NCBI GenBank assembly: GCA_045613905.1
Contig: JAZLBW010000045.1
Location: 9,647-73,646, forward strand
Direction: 5' to 3'
Source: Candidatus Caccoplasma sp.
Lineage (GTDB): Bacteria > Bacteroidota > Bacteroidia > Bacteroidales > G3-4614
DNA length: 64,000 nucleotides
The position numbers and the translations under genes are program-made. This document shows, piece by piece, positions 1 through 9,599 of this stretch. Under the pieces are notes generated by a model. The model did not search any database. It saw nothing but the letters and a program-made list of their open reading frames with translations, and was not told the DNA's origin. Every line of letters begins with the position of its first letter. Position 1 is the first letter of the stretch.

Positions 1-1
1 G

Positions 2-958
2 TTTGTTATTCTCTGTTTGGGGATTTGTTGTTGCAAACAAAAAACCGTTGAAGCCAAGGAGCAAAAACCTACTGTTTCGGCTCCACAGTTTGTTGCCGAC
101 AGTGCTTATGCCTATACCAAAAGTCAGTTGGATTTTGGATATAGAATTCCCGGCACAAAAGCACATAAAGAGTGTGCTGCGTTTTTGGCAGAGAAGCTTC
201 ATGATTTTGGAGCTGATACCACTATGCAACATGGCAAGGTTATGGCTTATGATGGCAGCTATTTGAATATTACCAATATTATTGGTAGCTTTGCACCTGA
301 AAAACAACGTCGTATAATGTTGTTTGCTCATTGGGATAGCAGACCTTATGCCGACAACGACCCTGATAAGGCTAACCACAAGAAGCCTGTTGCAGGTGCT
401 GACGATGGAGCTGCATCGGTTGCTGTTTTGTTGGAAATTGCTCGACAAATAGGATTACAAAACACCAATATAGGTATTGACATAATTTTCTTTGACGCAG
501 AGGATTACGGCACTCCATACTTTTACTCAGGCGAGGAGAAGCTGGAACACGATTGGGCTTTGGGCTCGCAATTCTGGGCAATGAACCCTCACATAAAGGG
601 ATACAGAGCCGAGTATGGTATTTTGCTCGACATGGTTAGCGGAAAAGGTAGCTCGTTCCCCATTGAGCAAGTTTCGAAACACTTTGCTCCCCATATTGTA
701 AAAAAGGTTTGGGACAAGGCTGAGAGTTTAGGTTATGGTAATATCTTCCTCAAAAGCAATGGCGGAAGCGTTATTGACGACCACTATTATATTAACATGT
801 ACGGTATCCCCTGCGTGGATATTATTGCATACCACCCAAATACCGCCACAGGCTTTCCGCCATATTGGCACACTGTCAACGACGATATGAGCAATATCGA
901 CAAAAACAACATGAAAGCCGTTGGACAGACTGTCTTGGAGGTTATTTATAACGAATAG
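2..958 (+). CDS. Glutaminyl-peptide cyclotransferase-like M28-fold zinc protein; 5' end probably outside the window
   Basis: ORF track 17..958. The frame stays open back to base 2 and reads FVILCLGICCCK, the tail of a lipoprotein-type signal peptide. Metal-ligand blocks FAHWDSRPYAD, DDGAASVAVLLE and IFFDAEDYG are typical of M28/glutaminyl cyclases. Confidence 0.75.
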   Translation, partial: FVILCLGICCCKQKTVEAKEQKPTVSAPQFVADSAYAYTKSQLDFGYRIPGTKAHKECAAFLAEKLHDFGADTTMQHGKVMAYDGSYLNITNIIGSFAPEKQRRIMLFAHWDSRPYADNDPDKANHKKPVAGADDGAASVAVLLEIARQIGLQNTNIGIDIIFFDAEDYGTPYFYSGEEKLEHDWALGSQFWAMNPHIKGYRAEYGILLDMVSGKGSSFPIEQVSKHFAPHIVKKVWDKAESLGYGNIFLKSNGGSVIDDHYYINMYGIPCVDIIAYHPNTATGFPPYWHTVNDDMSNIDKNNMKAVGQTVLEVIYNE

Positions 959-964
959 ACTTTT

Positions 965-1399
965 TTGAAGATGAAAACTATTAACGAAATACAAGAGGAG
1001 ATTATCGAGGAGTTCTCAGGATTTGAAGACTGGATGGATAAGTATTCATTGATTATGGATATGGCTTCGTCTCTTGAGCCTCTTGATGAGGAGTATAAAA
1101 ACGACAGTAACTTGATTGAGGGGTGCCAAAGCAGAGTGTGGTTGCAAGCTGACTTTGTTGATGGCAACATTATTTTTAAAGGTGATAGCGATGCTCTTAT
1201 TGTAAAGGGCATTGTGGCTATGCTTATAAACACTTTGTCGGGACACTCACCAAAAGAAATTTTGGAGAGCGACCTATACTTTATTGAGAAGATTGGTTTG
1301 AAAGAGAATCTTTCGCCCACTCGCTCAAATGGTTTGGCTTCGATGGTAAAACAGATGAAGCTTTATGCATTGGCTTTTGAAACAAAAAATAATAACTAA
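965..1399 (+). CDS. sufE: SufE-like cysteine desulfuration (sulfur acceptor) protein
   Basis: 144 aa with the IEGCQSRVWL active-site cysteine block characteristic of the SufE/CsdE family. Confidence 0.8.
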   Translation: MKMKTINEIQEEIIEEFSGFEDWMDKYSLIMDMASSLEPLDEEYKNDSNLIEGCQSRVWLQADFVDGNIIFKGDSDALIVKGIVAMLINTLSGHSPKEILESDLYFIEKIGLKENLSPTRSNGLASMVKQMKLYALAFETKNNN

Positions 1400-1428
1400 A
1401 TATTTATTAACTTAAAAATCAATTAACT

Positions 1429-2955
1429 ATGTTCAACAATCAACCCAAAGGGCTTTTTGCCCTTGCCCTTGCGAACACAGGTGAACGCTTTGGTTACTAC
1501 ACCATGTTGGCTGTGTTTGCATTGTTCCTGCGCGAGAACTTTGGTTTGGACGCTGGTGTTGCAGGTGCTATTTACAGTACCTTCTTAGGTTTAGTCTATT
1601 TTATGCCACTTATCGGTGGTATTATGGCCGATAAATTCGGTTTCGGTAAAATGGTAACCATTGGTATTATGGTTATGTTCTTAGGGTACCTTCTTCTTTC
1701 TTTCCCTCTTGGCGGTGATACTCTTGCCATGGTGGTGATGTTGGGTGCCTTGATTTTTATCAGCCTTGGTACAGGTTTGTTCAAAGGAAACCTTCAAGTT
1801 ATGGTGGGTAACCTTTATGACGATCCTAAATATGCCGACAAACGCGATGCTGCATTCTCAATCTTCTACATGGCCATCAACATTGGTGCGTTGTTTGCTC
1901 CTACTGCTGCCGTTGAGATTAAAGAGTGGGCCATGACAACTCTTGGATACTCTTCAAACGATGCTTACCACTTCTCTTTTGCTGTGGCTTGTGCTTCGCT
2001 TGTTGCATCTATTGCCATCTATTACATCTTCCGTCCTACTTTCCGCCATGTTGAAGGTGGTGTTCGTAAAGCTGGTGACGCAAAAGTTGAGGATAACCTT
2101 ACTCCTCAAGAGACTAAAGCCAGAGTTATCGCTCTTTGCTTGGTATTTGCCGTTGTAATCTTCTTCTGGATGGCTTTCCACCAAAATGGTTTGGCTCTTA
2201 CTTACTTTGCAAGCGAGTTTAACGTTAAAAGCGCTGAAGGTCCTCAAAGCATGTTGTTTGATGTTTGGAACTTGGTTGCTATCATCGTTGCTGTTTATGC
2301 CACATTCTCTTTCTTCCAAAGCTCTACCAAAAAGGCTAAAGCTATTTCAGGAGGTGTATTCGCAGCAGTTGCTCTATTTTTAGGATATAGATATATTGGA
2401 GCAGAGAACGCTTCTATTGCAGTAAGCGCTCCTATTTTCCAACAATTCAACCCATTCTATGTAGTTGCTCTAACTCCTGTTTCATTGGCTATTTTTGGTT
2501 CTCTTGCAAGAAAGAAAAAAGAGCCTTCTGCTCCTCGTAAGATTGCTTACGGTATGTTGGTTGCGGCTGCAGGATTCGCAGTTATTGCCATAGGTTCTTT
2601 GGGATTGCCTACTCCCGATGCTCAAGCGGCTACTGTTGCAGCAGGCGGAGAGCCTACATTGGTATCTTCAAACTGGTTGATTTCAACTTACCTTGTGTTG
2701 ACTTTCGCTGAATTGTTGCTTTCTCCAATGGGAATCTCTTTCGTATCGAAAGTTGCTCCTCCAAAACTTAAAGGAATGATGATGGGTGGTTGGTTTGTTT
2801 CAACTGCTTTGGGTAACATGCTTGTTGCTGTTGGAGGTTTCCTTTGGGGTGGTCTTCCATTGTGGTTGGTATGGAGCGTATTTATTGCGCTTTGCTTGAT
2901 TTCAGCTCTATTCATGTTTGCCATGATGAAACGCTTGGAGAGCGCTACAAAATAA
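1429..2955 (+). CDS. POT/PTR2 family di-/tripeptide:proton symporter
   Basis: 508 aa polytopic membrane protein. N-terminal GERFGYYTM and FGxxxADKFG blocks match the PTR2 signatures. Confidence 0.85.
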   Translation: MFNNQPKGLFALALANTGERFGYYTMLAVFALFLRENFGLDAGVAGAIYSTFLGLVYFMPLIGGIMADKFGFGKMVTIGIMVMFLGYLLLSFPLGGDTLAMVVMLGALIFISLGTGLFKGNLQVMVGNLYDDPKYADKRDAAFSIFYMAINIGALFAPTAAVEIKEWAMTTLGYSSNDAYHFSFAVACASLVASIAIYYIFRPTFRHVEGGVRKAGDAKVEDNLTPQETKARVIALCLVFAVVIFFWMAFHQNGLALTYFASEFNVKSAEGPQSMLFDVWNLVAIIVAVYATFSFFQSSTKKAKAISGGVFAAVALFLGYRYIGAENASIAVSAPIFQQFNPFYVVALTPVSLAIFGSLARKKKEPSAPRKIAYGMLVAAAGFAVIAIGSLGLPTPDAQAATVAAGGEPTLVSSNWLISTYLVLTFAELLLSPMGISFVSKVAPPKLKGMMMGGWFVSTALGNMLVAVGGFLWGGLPLWLVWSVFIALCLISALFMFAMMKRLESATK

Positions 2956-2957
2956 GA

Positions 2958-2993
2958 GTTGTTAGTTGTTAGCTATCAGTTGTTAGCTATCAG
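2958..2993. repeat. Short tandem repeat: GTTGTTAG followed by 2 x TTGTTAGCTATCAG (14-bp period)
   Basis: Read directly: gttgttag ttgttagctatcag ttgttagctatcag, starting immediately after the transporter stop codon. Confidence 0.8.
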
Positions 2994-3023
2994 TAGCAAC
3001 AAAGAGACTTAATGACAAAAAAA

Positions 3024-3066
3024 CAAGAGAGGGGGACCCAAAAAGAAAACGGGTCCCCCTCTCTTG
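3024..3066. terminator. GC-rich hairpin, rho-independent terminator-like
   Basis: caagagagggggaccc / gggtccccctctcttg form a 16-bp perfect stem. An A7 run lies on the left (a T-run on the minus strand), so it may serve the minus strand or both strands. Confidence 0.6.
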
Positions 3067-3110
3067 TCTAAGGGTTGAATAAAAGTATTGATAAATAAAT
3101 TAAGCCCATA

Positions 3111-3142
3111 CAAAAAGAGGTTACTCCAGGAGCAACCTCTTT
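3111..3142 (-). terminator. Terminator hairpin downstream of the HU gene
   Basis: aagaggtt / aacctctt stem, followed on the minus strand by TTTTTG; 24 nt past the hup stop. Confidence 0.55.
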
Positions 3143-3165
3143 GTTTGATTAATGCTAATGCTTGA

Positions 3166-3438
3166 TTATTTTACTTTCTCAGCAAGTTCAGCACCGGCTT
3201 TGAATTTAACTACTTTTTTAGCAGCGATTGTGATAGCCTCTTTAGTTTTAGGATTGATACCTGTTCTCTCTCCTTTTTCGTTGATTGAGAAAGTTCCGAA
3301 ACCTACCAAAGCAACTTTGTCACCTGCAACCAATGCCTCTTCTACAGCACCAGTAAATGCCTCTAATGCTTTTTTAGCATCTGCTTTTGACAAGCCTGCT
3401 TTCTCAGCAATAGCGTTGATTAATTCTGATTTGTTCAT
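3166..3438 (-). CDS. hup: HU family DNA-binding protein
   Basis: 90 aa: MNKSELINAIAEKAGLSKADAKKALEAF...GFGTFS...RTGINPKT is the canonical HU/IHF fold sequence. Confidence 0.92.
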   Translation of the reverse strand: MNKSELINAIAEKAGLSKADAKKALEAFTGAVEEALVAGDKVALVGFGTFSINEKGERTGINPKTKEAITIAAKKVVKFKAGAELAEKVK

Positions 3439-3500
3439 AAAGCTTTACTTTTTAAAAATAATTATTTATATTTTGGAGTATTATTTCTCCTTTAACAATT

Positions 3501-3508
3501 GCAAATAT
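3501..3508 (-). promoter_or_regulatory. Candidate Bacteroidota -7 promoter box (TATATTTG on the minus strand) for hup
   Basis: The plus strand reads CAAATATA, the reverse complement of TAnnTTTG, 63 nt upstream of the hup ATG. No clear -33 TTTG partner. Confidence 0.3.
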
Positions 3509-3591
3509 AGATATATAAAATTAATTAGCAATGTTTTAAGTGATGTTTTTTTAAAAATTTTTTCTTTTTTTTTACTATGATAATATCTGCT

Positions 3592-3624
3592 TTTGCGTTA
3601 TAAGCAAAAAATTAGTTACTTTTG
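3592..3624 (+). promoter_or_regulatory. Candidate Bacteroidota promoter (-33 TTTG / -7 TACTTTTG) for the rhomboid gene
   Basis: TTTG at 3592..3595 and TACTTTTG at 3617..3624 with 21-nt spacing; 41 nt upstream of the ATG at 3665. Confidence 0.45.
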
Positions 3625-3664
3625 CGACTTGATTTATAATTTCAATTTATAATTTATATATAAT

Positions 3665-4378
3665 ATGTTCAAAGGAAATTCTTTCTTTTCTTCGATTCCT
3701 CCAGTAACAAAGAACTTGATTATCATCAATCTTTTGTTTTGGTTGGCAACTTTTGTTCTACGAAATAGATTCGACATAGATTTAACCGATTATTTGGGAC
3801 TTCACTATATAACCTCTGACGGTTTTAATGCAGCCCAACTCTTCACATATATGTTTATGCACGACCCTAATTCTATTGGGCACGTGTTCTTTAACATGTT
3901 CTCGGTCTTTATCTTCGGTCGCACGTTGGAGATGGTATGGGGTGCTAAAAGATTCTTGTTCTACTACCTTACCACAGGTATTGGAGCAGGTCTTATTCAG
4001 GAGTTTGTATGGTTTTTGTCAATGGCAGGAGAAACAAACATTGCAGCAGAGACTATTAACGGTGCAATCGTAAATATTCCTATCGAATACTATGCTTCAC
4101 TCCTTAATACCGTTGGTGCTTCGGGTGCTGTTTTTGGTATTTTGCTCGCATTTGGTATGTTATTCCCGAATGCCGAGATGTTCTTAATGTTTCTCCCTAT
4201 CCCCATTAAAGCAAAATATTTTGTTGCTTTCTATGGTATTGTGGAACTATTCTTTGGTGTTGCAGGTGCCGCAGGAGACAATGTGGCTCACTTTGCCCAC
4301 CTCGGAGGTATGTTGTTTGGACTTATACTTATCCTCTATTGGAGGAAAAAGGGTATAGGTGGTGGTCCATACTTTTAA
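3665..4378 (+). CDS. Rhomboid family intramembrane serine protease
   Basis: 237 aa polytopic protein. It has the catalytic GASGAVFG serine motif and a downstream AHLGGMLFG histidine helix. Confidence 0.85.
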   Translation: MFKGNSFFSSIPPVTKNLIIINLLFWLATFVLRNRFDIDLTDYLGLHYITSDGFNAAQLFTYMFMHDPNSIGHVFFNMFSVFIFGRTLEMVWGAKRFLFYYLTTGIGAGLIQEFVWFLSMAGETNIAAETINGAIVNIPIEYYASLLNTVGASGAVFGILLAFGMLFPNAEMFLMFLPIPIKAKYFVAFYGIVELFFGVAGAAGDNVAHFAHLGGMLFGLILILYWRKKGIGGGPYF

Positions 4379-4391
4379 TTAGCGTTACAAA

Positions 4392-5498
4392 TTGAAATTC
4401 TTAAAACTTATATATAGCTACTTGGGTATTATCATAACCTCTTTTATAGGGGTTATGTTAATTCTGTCGGCATACAGCAACCATATATCGCCTAACGTTA
4501 TTCACTATGCTGTATATCTCTCTTTGGCATTCCATGTATTGGTATGGTTGAATATTGCCATTCTTATTTTCTGGGCTGTTCAAAAGAGTAAAATTGCGTT
4601 TATATCCATCGTGGCTATTGCCCTCACATGGAGTGCAACATATCGCTACTGTCCAATAAACTTTAAGAATAGCGAATACAATGGAGGCGAAAAGGTAACT
4701 GTCATGTCGTACAACACATGCAGCCTTAATAAAATGCATCAGCACACAAAGGATAACCCAAATCCTATCATAGAGTATATCAAGGAGGTGGATGCCGATA
4801 TTGTCTGCCTACAGGAATATGCTATCGGAAAATCTAAAAACTCTATTAAAGAGAGAGATATCGAACGAACTCTTAAAGAGCAATATCCTTACAAAAAGAT
4901 TTTCTTGAGTAACAACAGCTACTACGAATCGGGATTGGCTTGCATGTCGAAATACCCGATTGTTGAAGCCACTCCGATTATATACCCCAAGAAGACAAAC
5001 GGCTCAATAATGTACAGCATAGACGTTAAAGGGAGAATCATAAAGGTTGTTGTTAACCACTTAGAATCAAACAGATTCTCTTCGGACGACAGAGGTCTGT
5101 TCAACTACGTTACCACCCACTTGTCTGAATCGGATTCTCTTATGGGGGATGTTAAACGTCAGATTGTTTGGAAACTTGCAAACGCATCTAAAAGACGGGC
5201 AAAACAGGCAGACGTCATTGCAAACTACATTAAAGATATTGACGATTACATTATTGTGTGCGGTGACTTTAACGACACTCAACAATCATATGTATATGAT
5301 AAGATAAGGGGTAATTTAAAAGATGCATATGTAGAGAACTGCTTTGGCCCCGACATTACTTACCACGCAGATAAATTTCTATTCAGAATAGACCATATTC
5401 TATATGGCAATGGTCTAAATCCCTTGAATACAAAAATTGATAAAAGCATCAAGGTTTCAGACCACTATCCTGTTATAACTACTTTTGAGATAAGATAA
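4392..5498 (+). CDS. Membrane-anchored endonuclease/exonuclease/phosphatase (EEP) family protein
   Basis: TTG start, three N-terminal TM helices, then EEP blocks (VMSYN, DIVCLQE, VVNHL, CGDFN, SDHYP). Confidence 0.7.
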   Translation: MKFLKLIYSYLGIIITSFIGVMLILSAYSNHISPNVIHYAVYLSLAFHVLVWLNIAILIFWAVQKSKIAFISIVAIALTWSATYRYCPINFKNSEYNGGEKVTVMSYNTCSLNKMHQHTKDNPNPIIEYIKEVDADIVCLQEYAIGKSKNSIKERDIERTLKEQYPYKKIFLSNNSYYESGLACMSKYPIVEATPIIYPKKTNGSIMYSIDVKGRIIKVVVNHLESNRFSSDDRGLFNYVTTHLSESDSLMGDVKRQIVWKLANASKRRAKQADVIANYIKDIDDYIIVCGDFNDTQQSYVYDKIRGNLKDAYVENCFGPDITYHADKFLFRIDHILYGNGLNPLNTKIDKSIKVSDHYPVITTFEIR

Positions 5499-5526
5499 TT
5501 GTAGTTGTCTCTTTAGAGATACAATC

Positions 5527-7134
5527 CTACTTTTTAGACTTGTTCCCCAACAGAGCATTGTACTCCTCATCATTGGCTATTATCTCCAATGCTCGTTTAA
5601 GGGCTTCGTTTGCGCCTGTGTTAATCACTTTGTAGTACGACGATTGTTCGTATAAATCTCGAGCTATAAGAGCCTTCATCTGCAAACTCATCAACTCTTT
5701 TGAGAGCTCATACTCGTCGGCTTTGAACTCTACCCCCTCTTGAGTCGCCAAATTAACAAGTTGCAACATCAGCGAATCACTCACTTGATACTCATCCACA
5801 AAGTTTTGCTCGCGTCGGTATTGAGATAGTATCTCATTTCTGTTCTTCTCTGAATACTCCGCTGCCAATTGTGGCATTATACCTTTAGCCACGACGTTTC
5901 TGTGATATGTCGAAAAATTTGTTGTGTCAAGCGGAATAAAACAGTCGGGCATTATTCCTCCTCCGCCAAATACTGTTCTGTGATTTTTCAGAGTGGTATA
6001 TTTTAATGAATCCATAAAGTGAATGCTATCAGCGCTTATCATCTCTCCGCGTTTATATCGCTCTACAATGTCGTTGCGGTATGCATTGTTATTACCCTTA
6101 CTGTATGGACGTTGTATTGAACGACCTGTTGGTGTGTAATAGTGTGCAACCGTTAAACGCAACATTGAGCCATCGGGCATTTGCAATGGTCGTTGCACCA
6201 ATCCTTTTCCAAAGGTGCGACGTCCTACAATCACTCCTCTATCCCAATCTTGTACAGCACCTGATAAAATCTCCGAAGCAGAAGCCGAATACTCATCAAC
6301 AAGAACTACAAGTTTACCATCACGAAATACTCCTTTTTCGCCACTATGTTCTTCTTGACGAGGCGATGTACGCCCTTGGGTATATACTATAAGATTACCT
6401 TCGTCCAACAACATATTGCACAACCCAACTGCAGCCGAAAGGTATCCTCCTCCGTTTCCTTGAAGGTCTATTATAAGATTCTTCATGCGGTTTAATCGTA
6501 TCATCGGTACTATTGCCTCAACAAATTCATCGAAGGTCGTAGCCGCAAACCTGCTCAACTTTACATATCCTGTGTTTTTGGCAACCATATACGCGGCATC
6601 AACACTATGAACAGGTATTTGATCGCGTGTTATACGAAATTGCAACAACCCCTGTTGTCCGTTACGTTTTACCAATACGTCAACCGTTGTCCCTCGTAAT
6701 CCACGCAAACGTTTCTTTATGTCGTTTGCAGTCATCTTTACTCCTGCAACCACAGTATCGTTTATGAATATTATTCTGTCTCCTGCCAACATTCCTACCT
6801 TTTCACATGGACCTCCTGCTATTGTTTGTATAACATAACAGGTATCTTTTTGCATCATGAATTGTATGCCAACTCCGTCGAAGTTTCCGTTCAACTCCTC
6901 GTTGCTCTCTTGTACCTCTTCGGCTGTAAGATATGCCGAATGAGGATCTAACTCCTCCAACATTGCTCGTATTCCTGCCTCAACTATTCGAGACTCGGTA
7001 ACAGTATCAACATAGAGGTGATTTATCGCATAGTTTACCAACGATAGTTTTTTTGAACCTTCGGTTTGATTCAATTGTGCATACAAACCTTGTGCTATAA
7101 ATAGCATTAATATGGGGAATAGTATCTTTTTCAT
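5527..7134 (-). CDS. S41 family C-terminal processing (tail-specific) peptidase
   Basis: Signal peptide, a PDZ-like segment, and the IIDLQGNGGGYL and SASASEI catalytic blocks. Confidence 0.85.
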   Translation of the reverse strand: MKKILFPILMLFIAQGLYAQLNQTEGSKKLSLVNYAINHLYVDTVTESRIVEAGIRAMLEELDPHSAYLTAEEVQESNEELNGNFDGVGIQFMMQKDTCYVIQTIAGGPCEKVGMLAGDRIIFINDTVVAGVKMTANDIKKRLRGLRGTTVDVLVKRNGQQGLLQFRITRDQIPVHSVDAAYMVAKNTGYVKLSRFAATTFDEFVEAIVPMIRLNRMKNLIIDLQGNGGGYLSAAVGLCNMLLDEGNLIVYTQGRTSPRQEEHSGEKGVFRDGKLVVLVDEYSASASEILSGAVQDWDRGVIVGRRTFGKGLVQRPLQMPDGSMLRLTVAHYYTPTGRSIQRPYSKGNNNAYRNDIVERYKRGEMISADSIHFMDSLKYTTLKNHRTVFGGGGIMPDCFIPLDTTNFSTYHRNVVAKGIMPQLAAEYSEKNRNEILSQYRREQNFVDEYQVSDSLMLQLVNLATQEGVEFKADEYELSKELMSLQMKALIARDLYEQSSYYKVINTGANEALKRALEIIANDEEYNALLGNKSKK

Positions 7135-7143
7135 CTTTTTTTC

Positions 7144-7593
7144 TTATGGTATATATTTAGATACATCGTGTCCGAAATGGTTTAATTCTCGAACCATCGA
7201 TGAACTTATATGTGAAAGGGTTGGGTGTGTAAACATGAGTATTGTCTCAACTCCGGATAGTTCTCTGTTTATATCGGCAATGTTCTTCTCATATTCAAAA
7301 TCTATTGTCGAACGCACTCCTCTCACTATTGCATAAGCTCCAACCTCTTTTGCGATGTCAATGGTCAGACCTGAATATGTGACAACTTCCACTTGAGGAT
7401 TCTCGGCATATACTCTTTTTATCGCAGCCTCAACCTCCTCAATGGCAAATGTTCTCTTTTTGTTCTCATTCACCCCTATTGCAACTACAACTCTATCTGC
7501 AATAGCAAGTGCTTTGTCAACAACCCATTTGTGTCCTATGGTAAAGGGGTCGAAACTGCCCGGGAATAGTAGTGTTTTATGAGAGTTCTTCAT
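7144..7593 (-). CDS. coaD: Pantetheine-phosphate adenylyltransferase
   Basis: 149 aa with the [12 protein letters not shown] nucleotidyltransferase motif. Overlaps the parE 3' end by 17 nt. Confidence 0.9.
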   Translation of the reverse strand: MKNSHKTLLFPGSFDPFTIGHKWVVDKALAIADRVVVAIGVNENKKRTFAIEEVEAAIKRVYAENPQVEVVTYSGLTIDIAKEVGAYAIVRGVRSTIDFEYEKNIADINRELSGVETILMFTHPTLSHISSSMVRELNHFGHDVSKYIP

Positions 7594-9445
7594 CGGTCAC
7601 CAAATTATCTATAATAAAGTTTTGACGCTCCATTGTGTTTTTACCCATATAGAACTCCAACATTCCTGATACAGAATCTTGTTTGTTCAACGAAACAGGG
7701 TCGAGTCTCATGTCGGGTCCTATGAAGTTGGCAAATTCCGAAGCCGAAATCTCTCCAAGTCCTTTGAATCGGGTTATCTCGGGATGCGCTCCAACCTTCT
7801 CTATTGCCGCCAATCGCTCCTCCTCGGTATAACAATAGTATGTCTCTTTTTTGTTTCGCACGCGGAACAACGGGGTTTGCAATATATATACATGTCCTTT
7901 CTTTACAAGTTCGGGGAAGAATTGCAAGAAGAAGGTCAATAACAACATTCTGATGTGCATTCCGTCAACGTCGGCATCGGTTGCTATCACTATTCGATTG
8001 TAACGCAACCCTTCAAGTCCCTCCTCAATATCAAGTGCAGCTTGCAATAGATTGAACTCCTCATTTTCATATACCACTTTTCGGGTCAGTCCGTATGAGT
8101 TTAGAGGTTTACCTCGCAAACTGAAGACAGCTTGTGTCTCCGCATTGCGACTCTTTGTGATTGATCCCGAAGCTGAGTCTCCCTCGGTAATAAAGAGGGT
8201 TGATTTATCTCTGTCTTCGCCTTTGGCATCGCTTAAGTGGATGCGACAATCTCTCAATTTTTTATTATGTAGATTTGCCTTTTTTGAACGCTCACGCGCA
8301 AGTTTGGTTACTCCTGCTATGGCTTTACGCTCCTTCTCCGACTCCTGGACCTTCTTCAACATAAGCTCTGCTGTTTCGGGTTGACGGTGCAGATAGTTAT
8401 CCAACTCTTTCTTTAAAAAGTCGTTTAGGAACTTTCCTATGGTAGGGCCATCAGGTCCCATATCTTTTGAACCCAACTTGGTTTTTGTTTGCGATTCAAA
8501 TACGGGTTCCTCAACCTTTATGCTTACTGCCGCAACCATTCCGTTTCGGATGTCTGAGAACTCAAAATTTTTATTGAAGAACTCCTTTATTGTGCGTGTC
8601 GCAGCCTCACGAAATGCCGAAAGGTGTGTTCCTCCCTGTGTTGTATGTTGTCCGTTTACGAATGAGTAGTATTCCTCTCCGTATTGGTCGCAGTGCGTTA
8701 AAACAACCTCAATATCATCTCCCTTCAAGTGGATTATGGGATATAGAGGGTCGGCTGTCATCTTATCGTTCAAAAGATCCAACAATCCTCCTCTTGAATA
8801 GAACTTACGCCCGTTGAAGAATATAGATAGTCCACTATTCAAGTATGAGTAATTCTTTAGAAGGTTCTCAACATACTCCTCGTTAAATGAGTAGTTCGCA
8901 AATATCTTTGCGTCATTATCGGGTGTAAACTGAACCAATGTTCCGTTCTTCTCGGTTGTCTCGGCAATAGGAGCATCAAGAACCACAGAACCTTTTTCAT
9001 AAACAACCTCTTTGCATTGTCCATCGCGGAATGCAACTATTCTGAAGTTTGTCGACAGAGCATTCACTGCCTTGATACCCACACCATTCAATCCAACTGA
9101 TTTTTTGAAGGCTTTAGAGTCGTATTTTGCTCCTGTGTTCATCTTTGATGAAACATCCTTAACCTTATCAAGAGGTACTCCTCGACCATAGTCGCGAACC
9201 TCCACACTGTTTTCGGTAATGTTCACCTCCACTTGAGAGCCAAAGCCCATCATATACTCATCTATGGCATTGTCCATTACCTCTTTTAGGAGCACATATA
9301 TTCCATCATCGGCATGTGAACCATCTCCTAATTTTCCGATATACATACCGGGGCGAAGACGTATATGCTCCTTCCAATCGAGAGTTTTTATATCTTCACC
9401 ATCGTAATTTACCTCTTGCTTCTTAAGTTCTATATCTTCTGCCAT
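7577..9445 (-). CDS. parE: Type IIA topoisomerase subunit B, topoisomerase IV ParE-like
   Basis: 622 aa with GHKL ATPase blocks ([14 protein letters not shown]), a TOPRIM block (LFITEGDSA) and [12 protein letters not shown]. Shorter paralogue of the gyrB at 17094..19049. Confidence 0.8.
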   Translation of the reverse strand: MAEDIELKKQEVNYDGEDIKTLDWKEHIRLRPGMYIGKLGDGSHADDGIYVLLKEVMDNAIDEYMMGFGSQVEVNITENSVEVRDYGRGVPLDKVKDVSSKMNTGAKYDSKAFKKSVGLNGVGIKAVNALSTNFRIVAFRDGQCKEVVYEKGSVVLDAPIAETTEKNGTLVQFTPDNDAKIFANYSFNEEYVENLLKNYSYLNSGLSIFFNGRKFYSRGGLLDLLNDKMTADPLYPIIHLKGDDIEVVLTHCDQYGEEYYSFVNGQHTTQGGTHLSAFREAATRTIKEFFNKNFEFSDIRNGMVAAVSIKVEEPVFESQTKTKLGSKDMGPDGPTIGKFLNDFLKKELDNYLHRQPETAELMLKKVQESEKERKAIAGVTKLARERSKKANLHNKKLRDCRIHLSDAKGEDRDKSTLFITEGDSASGSITKSRNAETQAVFSLRGKPLNSYGLTRKVVYENEEFNLLQAALDIEEGLEGLRYNRIVIATDADVDGMHIRMLLLTFFLQFFPELVKKGHVYILQTPLFRVRNKKETYYCYTEEERLAAIEKVGAHPEITRFKGLGEISASEFANFIGPDMRLDPVSLNKQDSVSGMLEFYMGKNTMERQNFIIDNLVTDEELS

Positions 9446-9535
9446 ATTCGAGTATAATTTAGCTTATCTGCGAAGATACAAATTTTTAATGAAAACCCAC
9501 TTAATTATTTTATTAAAATATCTCTATATAAACAA

Positions 9536-9570
9536 TTTCGGCTTACTCAGAGTAATAGAGTAAGCCGAAA
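9536..9570 (-). terminator. Hairpin downstream of nadB
   Basis: tttcggcttactc / gagtaagccgaaa form a 13-bp perfect stem with a 9-nt loop; 30 nt past the nadB stop. Confidence 0.5.
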
Positions 9571-9599
9571 CGTTATTTTAGTTGGATTATACTGTTATT

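Noticed and set aside
3-266. ORF 3..266 (+) at the window edge
   Set aside because: It overlaps the motif-supported glutaminyl-cyclase-like frame in a different frame and has no recognisable features.
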